A stretch of 32,187 nt of DNA from Proteromonas lacertae. Its lineage: Eukaryota. Under the pieces are notes generated by a model that saw only the letters and a program-made list of their open reading frames with translations, was not told the origin of the DNA and made no database searches. Each line of letters opens with the position of its first letter. The first letter of the stretch is position 1. This document shows, one piece after another, positions 1 through 12,011 of this stretch. The stretch lies in NCBI GenBank assembly GCA_002245135.1, contig NGBS01000876.1, positions 248,001 to 280,187 of the forward strand, written 5' to 3'. A program made the translations under genes and the position numbers.

Positions 1-1
1 T

Positions 2-1258
2 ATGATGAATGGAATTCTTGAGAACGTTTTAATGTCAAGATCTAAATTACCAGCCAGACAAATAATATCTTATTTAGTCGAAGCATTTCCAGAACAGACT
101 AAAGGAATTGTCATTGCTCCATTACTGGCTGTTGAGACTGCAACTGATATTGTTGTTCCTTTTAGTAATGTACAAAAAACTGAAGATGTTCAATTAAGTG
201 ATAAATCGCGTGTAGCTAAATTCTTGAATAACAACCAACGTGTATTTTTAAATCAAGAATTCAGTGATAATGTCTATAAAATATCACTATGTGCAAGATT
301 TAACGGTAAAATGAAATTTGGTTTTTATCAAGCAGAAGATACAGATATAAATGCTGAAGAAACAAAAACAATTTATAATAATAGTCTAACATATACAACA
401 TCTGGTGATTATTATCAAGTGGGATGGAGTGGTCCAAAGAACTATGAAGCAATTGATAGTGGTGCAATAATTGAATGGATAATTGACTTTTTAAATCATG
501 TAATAGCCATAAAAATCAACCAACAGGATTATAGGATAATATTTTATAAGATAAAAGATAATTGTAGATTCTTTATTGAAGGAGATAAAGAGATGGAAGT
601 GAGTTTATTAGGATTATGGAAGAACGATAGATCATTGAAATCACGTATATTATTATTATTATTATTATTATTTATATAGATGTTGATTGTAATGAAGATT
701 GGTTATGGGATTATAAATTCGTTGAAACAAATCCATATACTGATGATGAATGTATATCCAACAAACGAAGAGCTAATTTCTTAAATGAAAATGTAGTTAA
801 AAATGCAACTCTCGTATATAAATATATATATATTAATAATAATATTAATAATAATGATATAGGGTATTCTTCCACCCAACAAAGCTGTATCAATAGTTTA
901 CAGAATTAATAAAGTTACTGGAATATTATATATTGGAGGATTATATGGTAAAATGCCAGTAAGTGTTCATGATTATTCACCTTATTTCTATGGAGTAACT
1001 CCACAAGGGGATTGGATAAGTCCTAAGAATAAAACATCATTACATCCGAAGATAAGTAATGGAGATTTAGTTGAAATAACATATGATCAATTTAATAGAA
1101 GGTTGTTAATGTCTTTGAATAATAAATTTTTGGGTGTGATATTTAAAGATTTGCCTTCTGAAAGATGTATTCCGTGTTTGAGAGGTTCTTATTATGCTGA
1201 TATTGATATTGTGCAGGTGATGGGAACAAATGATCCTCCCATTAGTTATTTAACATAA
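2..1258 (+). CDS. SPRY/B30.2-like domain protein, probably 5'-truncated; introns 645-679 and 814-862
   Basis: Two GTAT...TAG introns join ORF 2..679 in frame to ORF 953..1258. The C-terminus GDLVEITYDQFNRRLLMSLNNKFLGVIFKDL resembles a SPRY domain end, and a similar segment (GAIIEWIIDFLNHVIAIKIN) occurs upstream. Confidence 0.6.
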
Positions 1259-1415
1259 TATAAATATGCTATATGTTTAACCATTGTTTTTTTTTAACTC
1301 ATATATATCCAACATATAATATATGGAAATCTTATATATTTATAATAAATTAAATTATTTACACTTTTATATTAAATTGAGAAAAATGGTGTGTGTGGTA
1401 AAATAGAAAATTGGT

Positions 1416-2520
1416 TTAAAACATATGCATATTCTTAATCTGAATCTTCTGATCTTGTGATAAGCTTGTTGGGAATTGAATATTATATTCAATTATCAAA
1501 TCTCCTCTTTGACCAGGTTGTTTTGATATTGGCATACCTTCTTCAGATATTCTATCTCTTGTCTGTGGTGATACAATCCTTCTAACAGGATATTTTATCA
1601 CTCTTCCGTCTAATGTTTCTATTGGAACTACACAACCAGTTAAAGCTTCTTCTAATGTAATATTTGCTGTATAAACTAAGTCATTCTTTTCTCTCTTGAA
1701 TTTTGGATGAGGTTTTTCTTTAATAATGAATTTAACATCTCCTGGTATTTGTCCTGGCACTTGATCTCCTTCATTTTCAAATGTAAGTGCTGTTCCTTCT
1801 TTCCAACCTGGTTTTACATTGATTTCTAATATTTTTGATTCTTTTCTAGAAGATCCACTCCTATCAGCAACAGTCTTTACTATTTTCATTTTCTTTGTAC
1901 AACCTTTGAATAATTCTTCTAATGTGCAGTATATATCATAATTGGTAGTTTCTTGTTTTGCCATCTTTGGACGATATTCACTATTTGATTGACCTGGCTG
2001 TGGATAATAGTCATCATCTTCTTCTTCCATTCCTCCAAAGTTAAATCCTCCCATTCCACCAGGGATTCCACTACCTAAAACCACCAAATCCACCATTTCC
2101 TCCAAAATTAGTACTGAATTTAGCTCTCTTGTTACCACGACCACCACCCATACCTCCACCAAAGCCTGGAATATCAAATATATTACTAGAGCCAAAGAAT
2201 TGTTTGAATATTTCGTTTGGATCAATATTGCCAAAGTTACTGTAAACATGATGCACTCCTGGCTGACCATCAGTTTCCATTCCTCCAGCACCCATTTGTA
2301 AACCTTCTTCGCCAAATTGATCATAAATCTTTCTCTTCTCGTCATCATTCAACACAGCATATGCTTCTGCAATCTCTTTAAATTTCTCAGAGGCTTTCTC
2401 ACGATTATCAGGATTTTTATCTGGATGCCATTTTAATGCTAGTTTACGATAAGCTTTCTTTAAATCATCTTTTGAACAGTCTTTACTCACACCTAAGATT
2501 TTATAAAAGTCTCTTCCCAT
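1416..2520 (-). CDS. DNAJB: DnaJ/Hsp40 class B co-chaperone (Sis1/DNAJB1-like), with a frame break at ~2075-2114
   Basis: J-domain with HPD motif and G/F-rich region in ORF 2071..2520; C-terminal substrate-binding domain ([24 protein letters not shown]) in ORF 1416..2348. Confidence 0.9.
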
Positions 2521-2728
2521 TGGAATTAAGTTCAGAATATGTAAGAAAAATTGAAATAAAGTGAAGCGTTAATTTTGAAAATTGTTCTAGAATTTTTCAT
2601 TTTCTTCTAGATCATTCCAGAAACATCTATTCTCGAAATAATGGAATGTAGACGATTTTACCACTTCATTTACTTATTCTTTTACAAGAAAAAACGATTG
2701 AATAAATAAAATTATTAATTATTGAATT

Positions 2729-3950
2729 TTAACTTCTACTATCAGTAAAAACAGATGCAGATGTTTCAGTATGTGATTCTGATTTTTGCTGATCTGCTGA
2801 TGAAGATGTTCTAGAAACATGAGAAGATTGTGATCTTAAAGTGTGTTGCGATCTTCTTGAATTTCTTCTAGATCTAAATGTGTTATTTGCAAAATCAGAT
2901 GAATCATGTCTTTTTATATGTCTCAACTCTTCTGGACAAGTATCAACAATGTTTTGATAATCAAACATATAGGCTTGAATCACATCACAATCACTCATAC
3001 TCTGAGCTCCTTTTGCTGCTACTTCTCCTTTATCTTGCAGTAATTTCTCAAATTGCTTTAATCTTGCATCTTTTGATATTGTATCACTATGTCTCAATGT
3101 AGCACCATGAGTCTTTGATTTACATCTCAACAACAAGTTTTCAACTGACATAAATATCTAATCAAACAATATATATAAATTAAATCATACTTGACCTAAC
3201 AATAAGGTTCTATCAGATGCCATACGAATTGTATTATCATACTCATCCTGTATATTACCTTTCTCAATCATAGCCACTTCTAGATCCTTTTGTTTTTCTG
3301 CTAATGTATTATTATTCTTCAATATTTCATCATGTTTCTGTTTGCTTACTGTTGTTAAATGCTGTCTTAAATCTTCACCCTGTTGTAGTAAATCCCTACT
3401 AGAAGCTACTAATTGATCATTGGTTGATTTTAATGTTTTATATCTATTTAATATATCCACTATATCTGGGAATTCATCAGTACATCTTTGTACTTGTTCT
3501 AAATATAATTGATATTTTTTCTTTCGCTTTAATTCGTTATTCATTTGATTTAGTATTTCACGGTTGGCTTCTAGTTCTTGTGTTTTTTCTCTTATTTCAT
3601 TTTCTCTTATTGCTATTGCTTTTTTCTCTTCTTCAATTCTTTTCAGTGCTCTTGTTCGTTTTGATTCATTTTCTTGAAGGAATTTATTAAATTTGATAAG
3701 TGATTCTTGTAATTGCAAATCTTTTCTTCTTAATGCTTCTTCTCGACGATGAAAGGCTTCTTCTTTTAGAGCATAGTCAGTTTTTTGACTATCAAGTGCT
3801 TCTTGTACTTCAAACATTTGTCGACGTTTTTCTAATAGTTTAGTTGTTGGATCAACATTATCCAGAGAAAATGTATTATTCAGTCCTCTAATAAATTAAA
3901 TAATGTGCATTATACTTCTTTGATTTTAAATAATCTTCAAATGTGCTCAT
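2729..3950 (-). CDS. CCDC42/CFAP73-family (DUF4200) cilia/flagella-associated coiled-coil protein; introns 3888-3915 and 3158-3190
   Basis: The spliced product begins MSTFEDYLKSK...TKLLEKRRQMFEVQEALDSQK...LQESLIKFNKFLQENESKRTRA, which is the recognisable CFAP73/CCDC42 signature. Confidence 0.8.
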
Positions 3951-4050
3951 TCTTTTCTTCTATCTCTCAAGAATCAAAATAATATGAAAATAAAAACGTT
4001 TTGGCTTGACAGAAGCTTGAAGTAACGATTTTATTTTATTTTTTGTCTTT

Positions 4051-6170
4051 ATGGGTGTATATAAACTATTTTATGATGAAATGAATAGGCTGCTGGATCT
4101 ATTCAAGGTAATTCTATTGTACAATTTGCTCAGTTAACAATTCCAAACACTGATTGTGTATTAACAATTTAATTCATCTTTATAATCAATAGACATCAGT
4201 TTCTCCAAATTTTAAATATTCAGTATATTCATATTTATTATTCCAATATAAAATAGACAGTTCAATATTTGGGAGAAAGAAATAGTCAACATCAATTTGT
4301 TATAAAAAGTACAAGAGATGGAATATTTTATCTGTTAAAGACATTACCAACATATAATTTAGATGCAAACCAAGCTCCTGTAGTTGATTTCTTATTACAA
4401 GCTTCATACCCTCATATTGTCAAGTACTATAACTATGCAAAGAAAGATAATTTCTATTTCTTCGTAAGTGACTTATTAAACTTCTCATTAAGTGATTTTT
4501 ACAATAGATATAGCAATCACAAAGTTCCATTAGATGAAAGAATTATTTTGTTAATAATAAGAGATATATTAAGAGGTTTAGATTTATTCCATGAACAAAA
4601 TATAGTACATAATAACATCAATATAAATAATGTTTATATTAAATATCAAAATATAGCTGTTTTAGGTGAACCAAATATCTTTATATCACAATCATCATCA
4701 AATAATGGAAATGATTCAGAATATATAAGTCCAGAAGTTGTTAATGGAAATGTACCTACCACCAATAGTGATTTATTTAGTGTAGGATGTATTGCTTATT
4801 ATTTGGCAATGGGGAAAACACCGTTTTATAGTGGTGGAAATGTTTATCATACAATTAAATTAATATCACAAGGTAAATATAATCAAATCACTGGAAATTA
4901 TTCGAAGTATTTGAAAGATATGGTAAGTAGATTATTAGATATTAATCCTGAAAATAGAGGAACAATAAATGAATATTTATATGAGTTGAATAATAAATTA
5001 GGTAATTTATCATTGTCACAGGTTGTTGATGAAAATAGAGAAAGAATAATCACAGAATTACAGAATCAATTACAACACTTTTCTCTTCATAATAATGGCA
5101 ATTATTCATCACCTCCAGTTAAATCTTTATATCAATCCTTCTCTACTCCAGCCATTACAACCCAACAAATGACACAAGTTCCAAGTCCAGGACAATTCCA
5201 AGAATCTATTAGAGAAGAATTTGCTCATACACCGACATTTCAAGTTCCAGTTCAACCATACCAACAACAACAACAACAACAGCAATATCCTTCAAAATTA
5301 CCTCCATTAGAAGAACAACCACCAATAAATATATTTCAACAAGATGATGAAGAACAACAACAACAACAACAACAACAATATGATGAAAGAAAGTCTTTAA
5401 AAAGTCAAAGTAGTTATTCTCAATCTCAACTGACAATTTCTAGACATTCATCTAAGAAATCAATTCAAAGTAGTGTTATTTCTCCTGCAAGTATAATTAT
5501 TTTATATTTTATATTTTATATTTGTTTAGATGTTGTGATTGAAGGTCAAATGACTGATGATCAAATCCAACAAATGAATGAATTATTCAAAGGTCATCTA
5601 CCACAAACAACAACAATATTGAAACTAAGTGATAGAGATATTGATAATAAACTATGTAAATATCTAGTGAAATACTTACAGTCATATAAACATTTGACAG
5701 AATTATATTTACAAGATAATAATTTAAAAGATGATGGTTTAAAGGCATTAATACCAGCAATTGGTGGAATGAAGTATTTGAAAGTATTATTACTGTTTAA
5801 TATTAACATTAAAGATTCTGGAGCTGAGCATATAGCTTCAGTCTTACCATTTTTACAAGAATTATCAACATTCTCATTAGCAGGAAATCATATAAGAGAT
5901 AAAGGAATGAGTTTTATTGCTGAAGCATTACCTATGATGAAGAGATTAGAGATATTGAATTTGGATGGAAATAACATTACAGACAAAAGTGCTTGGGATA
6001 TAGTTGGTGCTGTGAAGAATTTACCTACATTGCATAAGCTGTCGCTTGGTAAATGTGATTCTGGGAATGATAAATTAACTCAAGGTGATCAAATGGCTGA
6101 AGTATTAATGCAAGGCAATAAACAGTGGACAACCCTATTTATTCAGAATAAGCATTACGAAATGAGATAA
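4051..6170 (+). CDS. Putatively N-myristoylated pseudokinase + Gln-rich linker + RI-like leucine-rich repeats; introns 4057-4088, 4158-4192, 4223-4256 and probably 5491-5529
   Basis: Spliced N-terminus is MGAAGS. The kinase fold has degenerate motifs (IVHNNININN, LGE, YISPE, SDLFSVG). C-terminal repeats are LxLxxNxLxDxG. Confidence 0.75.
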
Positions 6171-6227
6171 ATATTTATTTAATTGCTTTTTATCTTTAAT
6201 ATTGAATGTAAAAACTGAAAAAAACAC

Positions 6228-6273
6228 TTTGGCGGCTTTTGCTATTCAAACCGCTTAAAGATAAATTTGGCGC
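6228..6273 (+). promoter_or_regulatory. Two E2F-like sites (TTTGGCGG 6228-6235, TTTGGCGC 6266-6273) upstream of RAD51
   Basis: One match and one near-match to the TTTSSCGC consensus, lying within 75 bp of the RAD51 ATG in very AT-rich DNA. Confidence 0.5.
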
Positions 6274-6300
6274 TTTATTTAATTATTTTTTGTTTTTATA

Positions 6301-7395
6301 ATGCAATCAAGAGAAGATGAAATGGAAGAGGTATAATTAATTTTATTGATCATTATCTGATATGATATAGGAGTCTGGTCCTATTCCAATCGCTAAATTA
6401 GAAGGACAAGGTATCAACTCAGCTGATATTACAAAACTTGAGGATGCTGGCTATCACACAGTCGAATCGGTATATTAGTATATTTATTTGTAGATTGCTT
6501 TCACCACATTGAAGAAATTATGTACTGTGAAAGGTATCAGTGAGGCAAAAGCTCAAAAGTTAATAACACAAGCTATGACGCTTGTTCCAATGGGCTTTCA
6601 AACAGTATATTACCATATTTTTACTCATTTTCTTATAAATAGGCTGTAGATTACCAAAAACAGAGAGCTGATATAATCAAATTATCCACAGGATGTAAAG
6701 AATTGGATAAATTGTTAATGGGAGGAATAGAAACAGGTTCAATAACAGAATTATATGGTGAATTTCGAACAGGTAAAACTCAGCTATGTCATACACTCTG
6801 TGTCACATGTCAATTATCAGCAGAGAAAGGAGGAGCTGATGCTAAGGCAATATACATCGATACAGAAGGAGCATTTCGTCCAGAAAGATTAACACAAATT
6901 GCACAAAGATTTAATTTAAATCCAGAGGAAGTGCTAGAGAATGTATCTTATGCAAGAGCATACAACTCAGACCATCAGAATCAACTATTAATTGATGCTT
7001 CAGCCTTAATGGCACAAAGTCGATATGCATTAGTGATTGTTGATAGTGCTACAGCTTTATATAGAACTGATTATACTGGTAGAGGTGAATTATCAGCAAG
7101 ACAACAGAGTTTAGCACAATTCTTAAGATGTTTAGCAAGATTTGCTGATGAATTTGGTGTTGCTATTGTAATAACCAATCAAGTCTCTGCTAATCCAGAT
7201 AGTGGTATGTTTGTGAAAGATACAATCGTTCCAATTGGAGGAAATATTATTGCACATGCTAGTACAACAAGATTAAAGTTAAGAAAAGGAAGAGGTAATA
7301 GCAGAGTGTGTAAAGTGGTTGATAGTCCTTGTATTGCTGAAAGTGAAGCTACATTTGGATTAAGTGATGAAGGTGTTGTTGATGCTACTGATTAA
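6301..7395 (+). CDS. RAD51: DNA recombinase RAD51; introns 6331-6370, 6470-6493, 6605-6642
   Basis: Walker [46 protein letters not shown] and [13 protein letters not shown] are present. The N-terminal HhH region ([20 protein letters not shown]) is recovered by splicing. Confidence 0.96.
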
Positions 7396-7525
7396 TAGAA
7401 ATTATTATAATATATTTATTTGTGCTTACTTTTCTTTCTTATATACTTTACTACTGTTTTTGTTTTTATTGGGAGGGGTTATTATATAGAAGATAACCAA
7501 AAAAAATAGAAAATTGTAATTTAAT

Positions 7526-8653
7526 TTAATCTTTCTTTTGTTTTTCCTTATTACTATTATTATTATCAACACTCTTCTTTTTACTATCAATACATTTATA
7601 TATAACATTATACAACACATTCATTGGAAAACTATCATAATATATTATAAAATGAATTTATACATTACAATAATCTTAAATAATTTATTCAAATAATTTT
7701 CATATTTATCCTTTTCACTGTAAAAGTATTCTGATATTTCAATATTCTCTCCTATTTCACTCTGGTCATCATAAAGTCCTGTAAATCCATTCACAATCTT
7801 CTTCGCACTTTTCTTTGATTTTTTCTGATATTTATTCTCTTTGAGTTTTAATTTATTTGCTTCATCTCTTAATTGTTGAATTTGTGAAGTGATTGGATCA
7901 TCCTATTTTATAATAGCAATCATATTTTATACTTCTTTTATTAATGAACTTAATTTATCAAGTGTTTCTAAACCATCTTTCATTTTTTCCCATTTTATCA
8001 ATGCTTTGGCTTTTCTTAATAATGCCTTTGTATTATTTGGATCAGTTTCTAATATCCCATCACAACATACCAATGCTGCTTCATAATTTTCTAATTGAAT
8101 TTCACAAGCTGCTGCGTTATTCATGGATGGTATTCTTACTTGACTATTGAATGCATTTAAAATATCATCAGATGATGCTATATCTGCTCCCATACAGGCT
8201 AATGAGAATATGTAGTATTCACGAGCTTTATTGAAATTCTTTTGTTTAAAATATTCGTTTCCTTTTTCTCTTTGCTCAATTCCCCATTTTATTCTCTCTT
8301 CTACTGATTTTTTCTATTTGTATATGATTAAATTGAATACTTGTAATATTTTCGCCGCTTTTGCCATTTTTTCATTAAACTTGTATTGTTGTTCTTCTTC
8401 TTTTGTTAATGGTCTATAGAATCATTATAAAACACATACCTTGGTCCATCTGGTCCATTTACATAAACTTCACCACCTATATCATTATGTACAGAATAAT
8501 ACCACTAGGAGCAATGATACTTTCAATCTTACTTAAGGCATCTATACATTCCTCTGGCGTTGCATCCCTGTCCAATGGTACTGGTAAATTCTATATGATG
8601 TGTTAAAATATATAAAGTTATACATCTTCCACTTTTTTAGCTATTTCCTCCAT
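7526..8653 (-). CDS. Tetratricopeptide-repeat protein (FKBP/Cyp40-type TPR), multi-exon
   Basis: The spliced frame contains REKGNEYFKQKNFNKAREYY and NNAAACEIQLENYEAALVCCDGILETDPNNTKALLRKAKA. About seven short GTAT...AG introns. Confidence 0.75.
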
Positions 8654-8740
8654 AATAAGCAAAAATTAAGAAAAAGAATCAAATCGTAATTCAAGCCAAC
8701 ATAAAAATTTAATTAAATAAATATTTATAAGATAAATAAT

Positions 8741-9762
8741 TTACGATAACAAGTTTGTATTACGATTAGGTTGTGGTGATAAATCGACAGGGGGATTAAA
8801 AATATGTTTTCTAAAAAATGCATAAAATAAACTTAAATACTCTTTAAAAATACAAAATACTTTCTTTGCCAATTTAGGGGACAAATATATACCCCAAAAT
8901 ATGTAGAGCAGCAAATGAAAGAATAGATGCTATACAAAATAAATAAATTCAAAATAAAAATACCCATCCAAGTGATATATACTCTGAAGGAGATCCAAAT
9001 ATCATCTATATATAAATAAACATAATATAATTTATACAAAAGCAAAAGGATAAAAAAACCACACTTCATGTAAAGCAATAAATAGTGTATAATATCTTTT
9101 CTTATCAGGATTATCTTCCACTTGCCAAGTAGGAACTGCAATACCAGCTAATAATATACCATTAAAGGCTAAACCACAGGATACAAATATCTCAATCCAT
9201 GATCCTTTCGTTTGATTTGTTCCTGTTAATAATAAACTCAATTCTGTGATTATCTGTATTGCCAAATACACTGCAGCTAGAATGATAGGTACTAAATGTG
9301 ATCCAACTTCCTATATAATAATAGTAATGAATATACGGGTGTAGAAACAGCCCAACCTTGAGCAACATGTCCTACTAAATAACAAAGACTGCCTGAGCAT
9401 ATGAAGTATGATAGTGAATCTACCACCTATTAATATACTAGCATATGTATAATATACAGAAAATATTGTGTTGTCTACCCAAAATCGCAAGAAATCGATG
9501 ATTACATAAATGATATAGAATGAACATGAAAAGGCAAATATCTAAAATTAAATCAATATGAATTCATACTTTAAATAGAGTGTGAATTTGACCTTCTCCT
9601 AAATAGTAATATACACTTGTACCAATATAAACAACATAAATGATCCACAACAAAAACCATATAATTGCTATTGCTATTACTATTTTAGAGTCTTTAGCAT
9701 TAATAGGAGTCTAAATTAGTGTAAATAACACAATATACGAATCCATTAGGTATATGTAGCAT
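8741..9762 (-). CDS. Multipass membrane protein of unknown function, many short introns
   Basis: Successive hydrophobic exons (VIAIAIIWFLLWIIYVVYI; IFVSCGLAFNGILLAGIAV) separated by ~30-nt introns. ATG at 9762 and TAA at 8741; internal splicing not fully resolved. Confidence 0.55.
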
Positions 9763-10049
9763 TGTTATAAAATCGAAATAAAGCTCTGACATTTAGTAAT
9801 TGCAGAACAAGAAAAAAATAAAATTTAAAAATGTGGTGTATCAAAATTTTGATTCAACAATGTTGTTTTGTTTAATAAAACATCAACCCAGCAAACATAC
9901 CAATAAAAAAATGTAAAAAATATATATACGAATAAGATACAATGCTTAAATGCATTATTCAAAAAAGACATACAGGAATTTCTTATTAACCTTTTTATAT
10001 ACACATATATAGATCCATATGCAATCTTCATACATAAATAATTAGTTTA

Positions 10050-11863
10050 CTAATCATCTTTTTCAATCTTCATAATCAATTTATCACCTGTAGGTGATTT
10101 ATTCAGTTCATCGGGAGATACTCTAGTAATAACACTTCTACTATGCCTAGATGGATTAGTAAACATATTAGGAGTAACTATCAAACTATTTCTATTGGCT
10201 GAATTAGCTCTACTCACTGTATTGCTATTACCATCAGATTTCTGTTGTGTAGATAGTGGTTGTGATACTCTATTAGTATTATTTACAGCATTACCGTTGA
10301 GATCTACTTGGGATGCTGTTCTAGAGGTTGAGTAATAAGGCCGACTAGAGGACATTAATTGATCAATTGAAGCTACATATTCAGATGATCTAGGTGTGCC
10401 ATTATTCATTACTCTCACTGGTAATGTATTGTTATTATTGTTGGCAGGTATTAGTTGAGGTGATGTATTAAGATAATGTTGTTGTTGTTGTTGTTGTTGT
10501 TGTTGGTAAGTTGGTGGATTTGATATTGAGTTTCTTTCTAGTGAATTAGTAAATAGTGATTTAATGGAGGATGTTCGTGGTGCAACTCTTCCTGATTTCT
10601 GAGATGTATGATTCATATACTGCTGTTGCTGTTGCAATTGTTGTTGTTGCTGCTGCTGTAGTTGTTGTGGTTGCTGTTGTTGCTGTAATTGTAATTGTTG
10701 TTGTAGTTGTTGTTGACAATGATGATGATGATATTGTTGTGGATTTCTAAATATACTTACTGATGTACTAAAAGATGATTCTACATCAGATGCTAATGAT
10801 GAATTATTATTATTACTACAAGGAGACATTAAAAACGGATGTCTTAATAATTCTATTGCATTGATTCTCTCATGTGGATCTACTTTTAAACATTTATTTA
10901 TTAAATCACTCAAATCTGAATTATTATTGATAATAGAGTTTCTAGGGAGAGATGGTGTGTCTTTTAAAGATGCAATTGCCCACATTACTGAAACAACATT
11001 GTCTATTTCACAAAATAGCGGTTTTGTAGTAATCATTTCTATAATTGTTACACCTAATGACCAAATATCGGCTTGTCTGCCACAATAAGTTTGTTTGATT
11101 AATTCTGGTGCCATCCAATAGGGTGTGCCACGGATGGTCTGGGTTTTGTTGATTAATGTGAAAAGATTTTTCGCTGCACCAAAATCTGCTAATTTTAATT
11201 TCCCAAATTGATCAACTAATATATTTTCTCCTTTGATATCTAGATGGGCAATACAATGACAATGAATATAAGCTAAACCATTTAGTACTTGTCGTATATA
11301 TTGCTTTAAAACTTTGACATTTAAAGATCCATACGCTTTTAATATAGAAGCAATTGATCCTCCTGGCGCATATTCTAAAAAGAGTTTAATTATTGATTCT
11401 TCTTTTACCAAACCGAAATAATGAACAATATTAGGATGATCTATAGCACTAAGCAATAGTATCTCTCTTTTTAATGCCTCTATATTAGTTGGAGAATTAT
11501 CTATCACCAACACCTCTTTACAAGCTATTAATTTACCTGTTTCACCATCGAAGCCTAAATATACTTGTCCTGAACTGCCGCTACCCAACAGTTTCCCTTT
11601 ACGAAAATCAATAAGTGTATCTGGAAAGTCAATTCTTTCAATATCGATGGGGCATTCATACTTCTTCGCATCTGAATTAGAAAAATATAAGTCTTTATTA
11701 TCGAGTAGTGTACTCTATATATGTCATAATAAGATGAGTTTCATACCTGTGGATTGTAATCAAGTGTCCCATATATAAAGTTATCCTTTGCTGCTTCCGT
11801 TGGGTCAAAATCATCGCAGTATGGAACAACTGAAGATTTACTTTTAGATGATCTTATTCCCAT
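10050..11863 (-). CDS. MAP kinase kinase kinase (STE11/NPK1/ANP-like) with poly-Gln C-terminal tail; intron 11715-11746
   Basis: Motifs LGSGSSGQVY, IACK, FLEYAPGGSI, HLDIKGENIL, LADFG, GTPYWMAPE and ADIWSLG. Spliced N-terminus MGIRSSK is a possible myristoylation site. Confidence 0.88.
10477..10716 (-). repeat. CAA/CAG trinucleotide tracts encoding poly-Gln in the MAP3K tail
   Basis: (TTG)n and (CTG)n runs on the + strand at ~10477-10505 and ~10621-10716. Confidence 0.85.
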
Positions 11864-12011
11864 TACGTTAATAATTTCATAAATACTAAAAATGAAATGA
11901 TTGGCTAAAATTCAAAATGGGGTATGAAAATTTTTATTATTTCATTTGTTATACCCAAAACACAAAATATTTAAAGTGTATCAAGTGTTGACATTTTGCA
12001 AGAATATTGAT

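Noticed and set aside
2115..2348. Hydrophobic N-terminal part of the 310-aa ORF as a dual-coding transmembrane protein
   Set aside because: It is an alternate frame of the J-domain/GF region with no independent support.
6703..7395. DMC1 instead of RAD51
   Set aside because: ARAYNSDHQ and [18 protein letters not shown] are RAD51-type.
4001..8699. TTGGCTTGA 9-mer upstream of two genes (4001-4009 on +, 8691-8699 on -)
   Set aside because: Only two instances, so it cannot be distinguished from chance without a genome-wide count.
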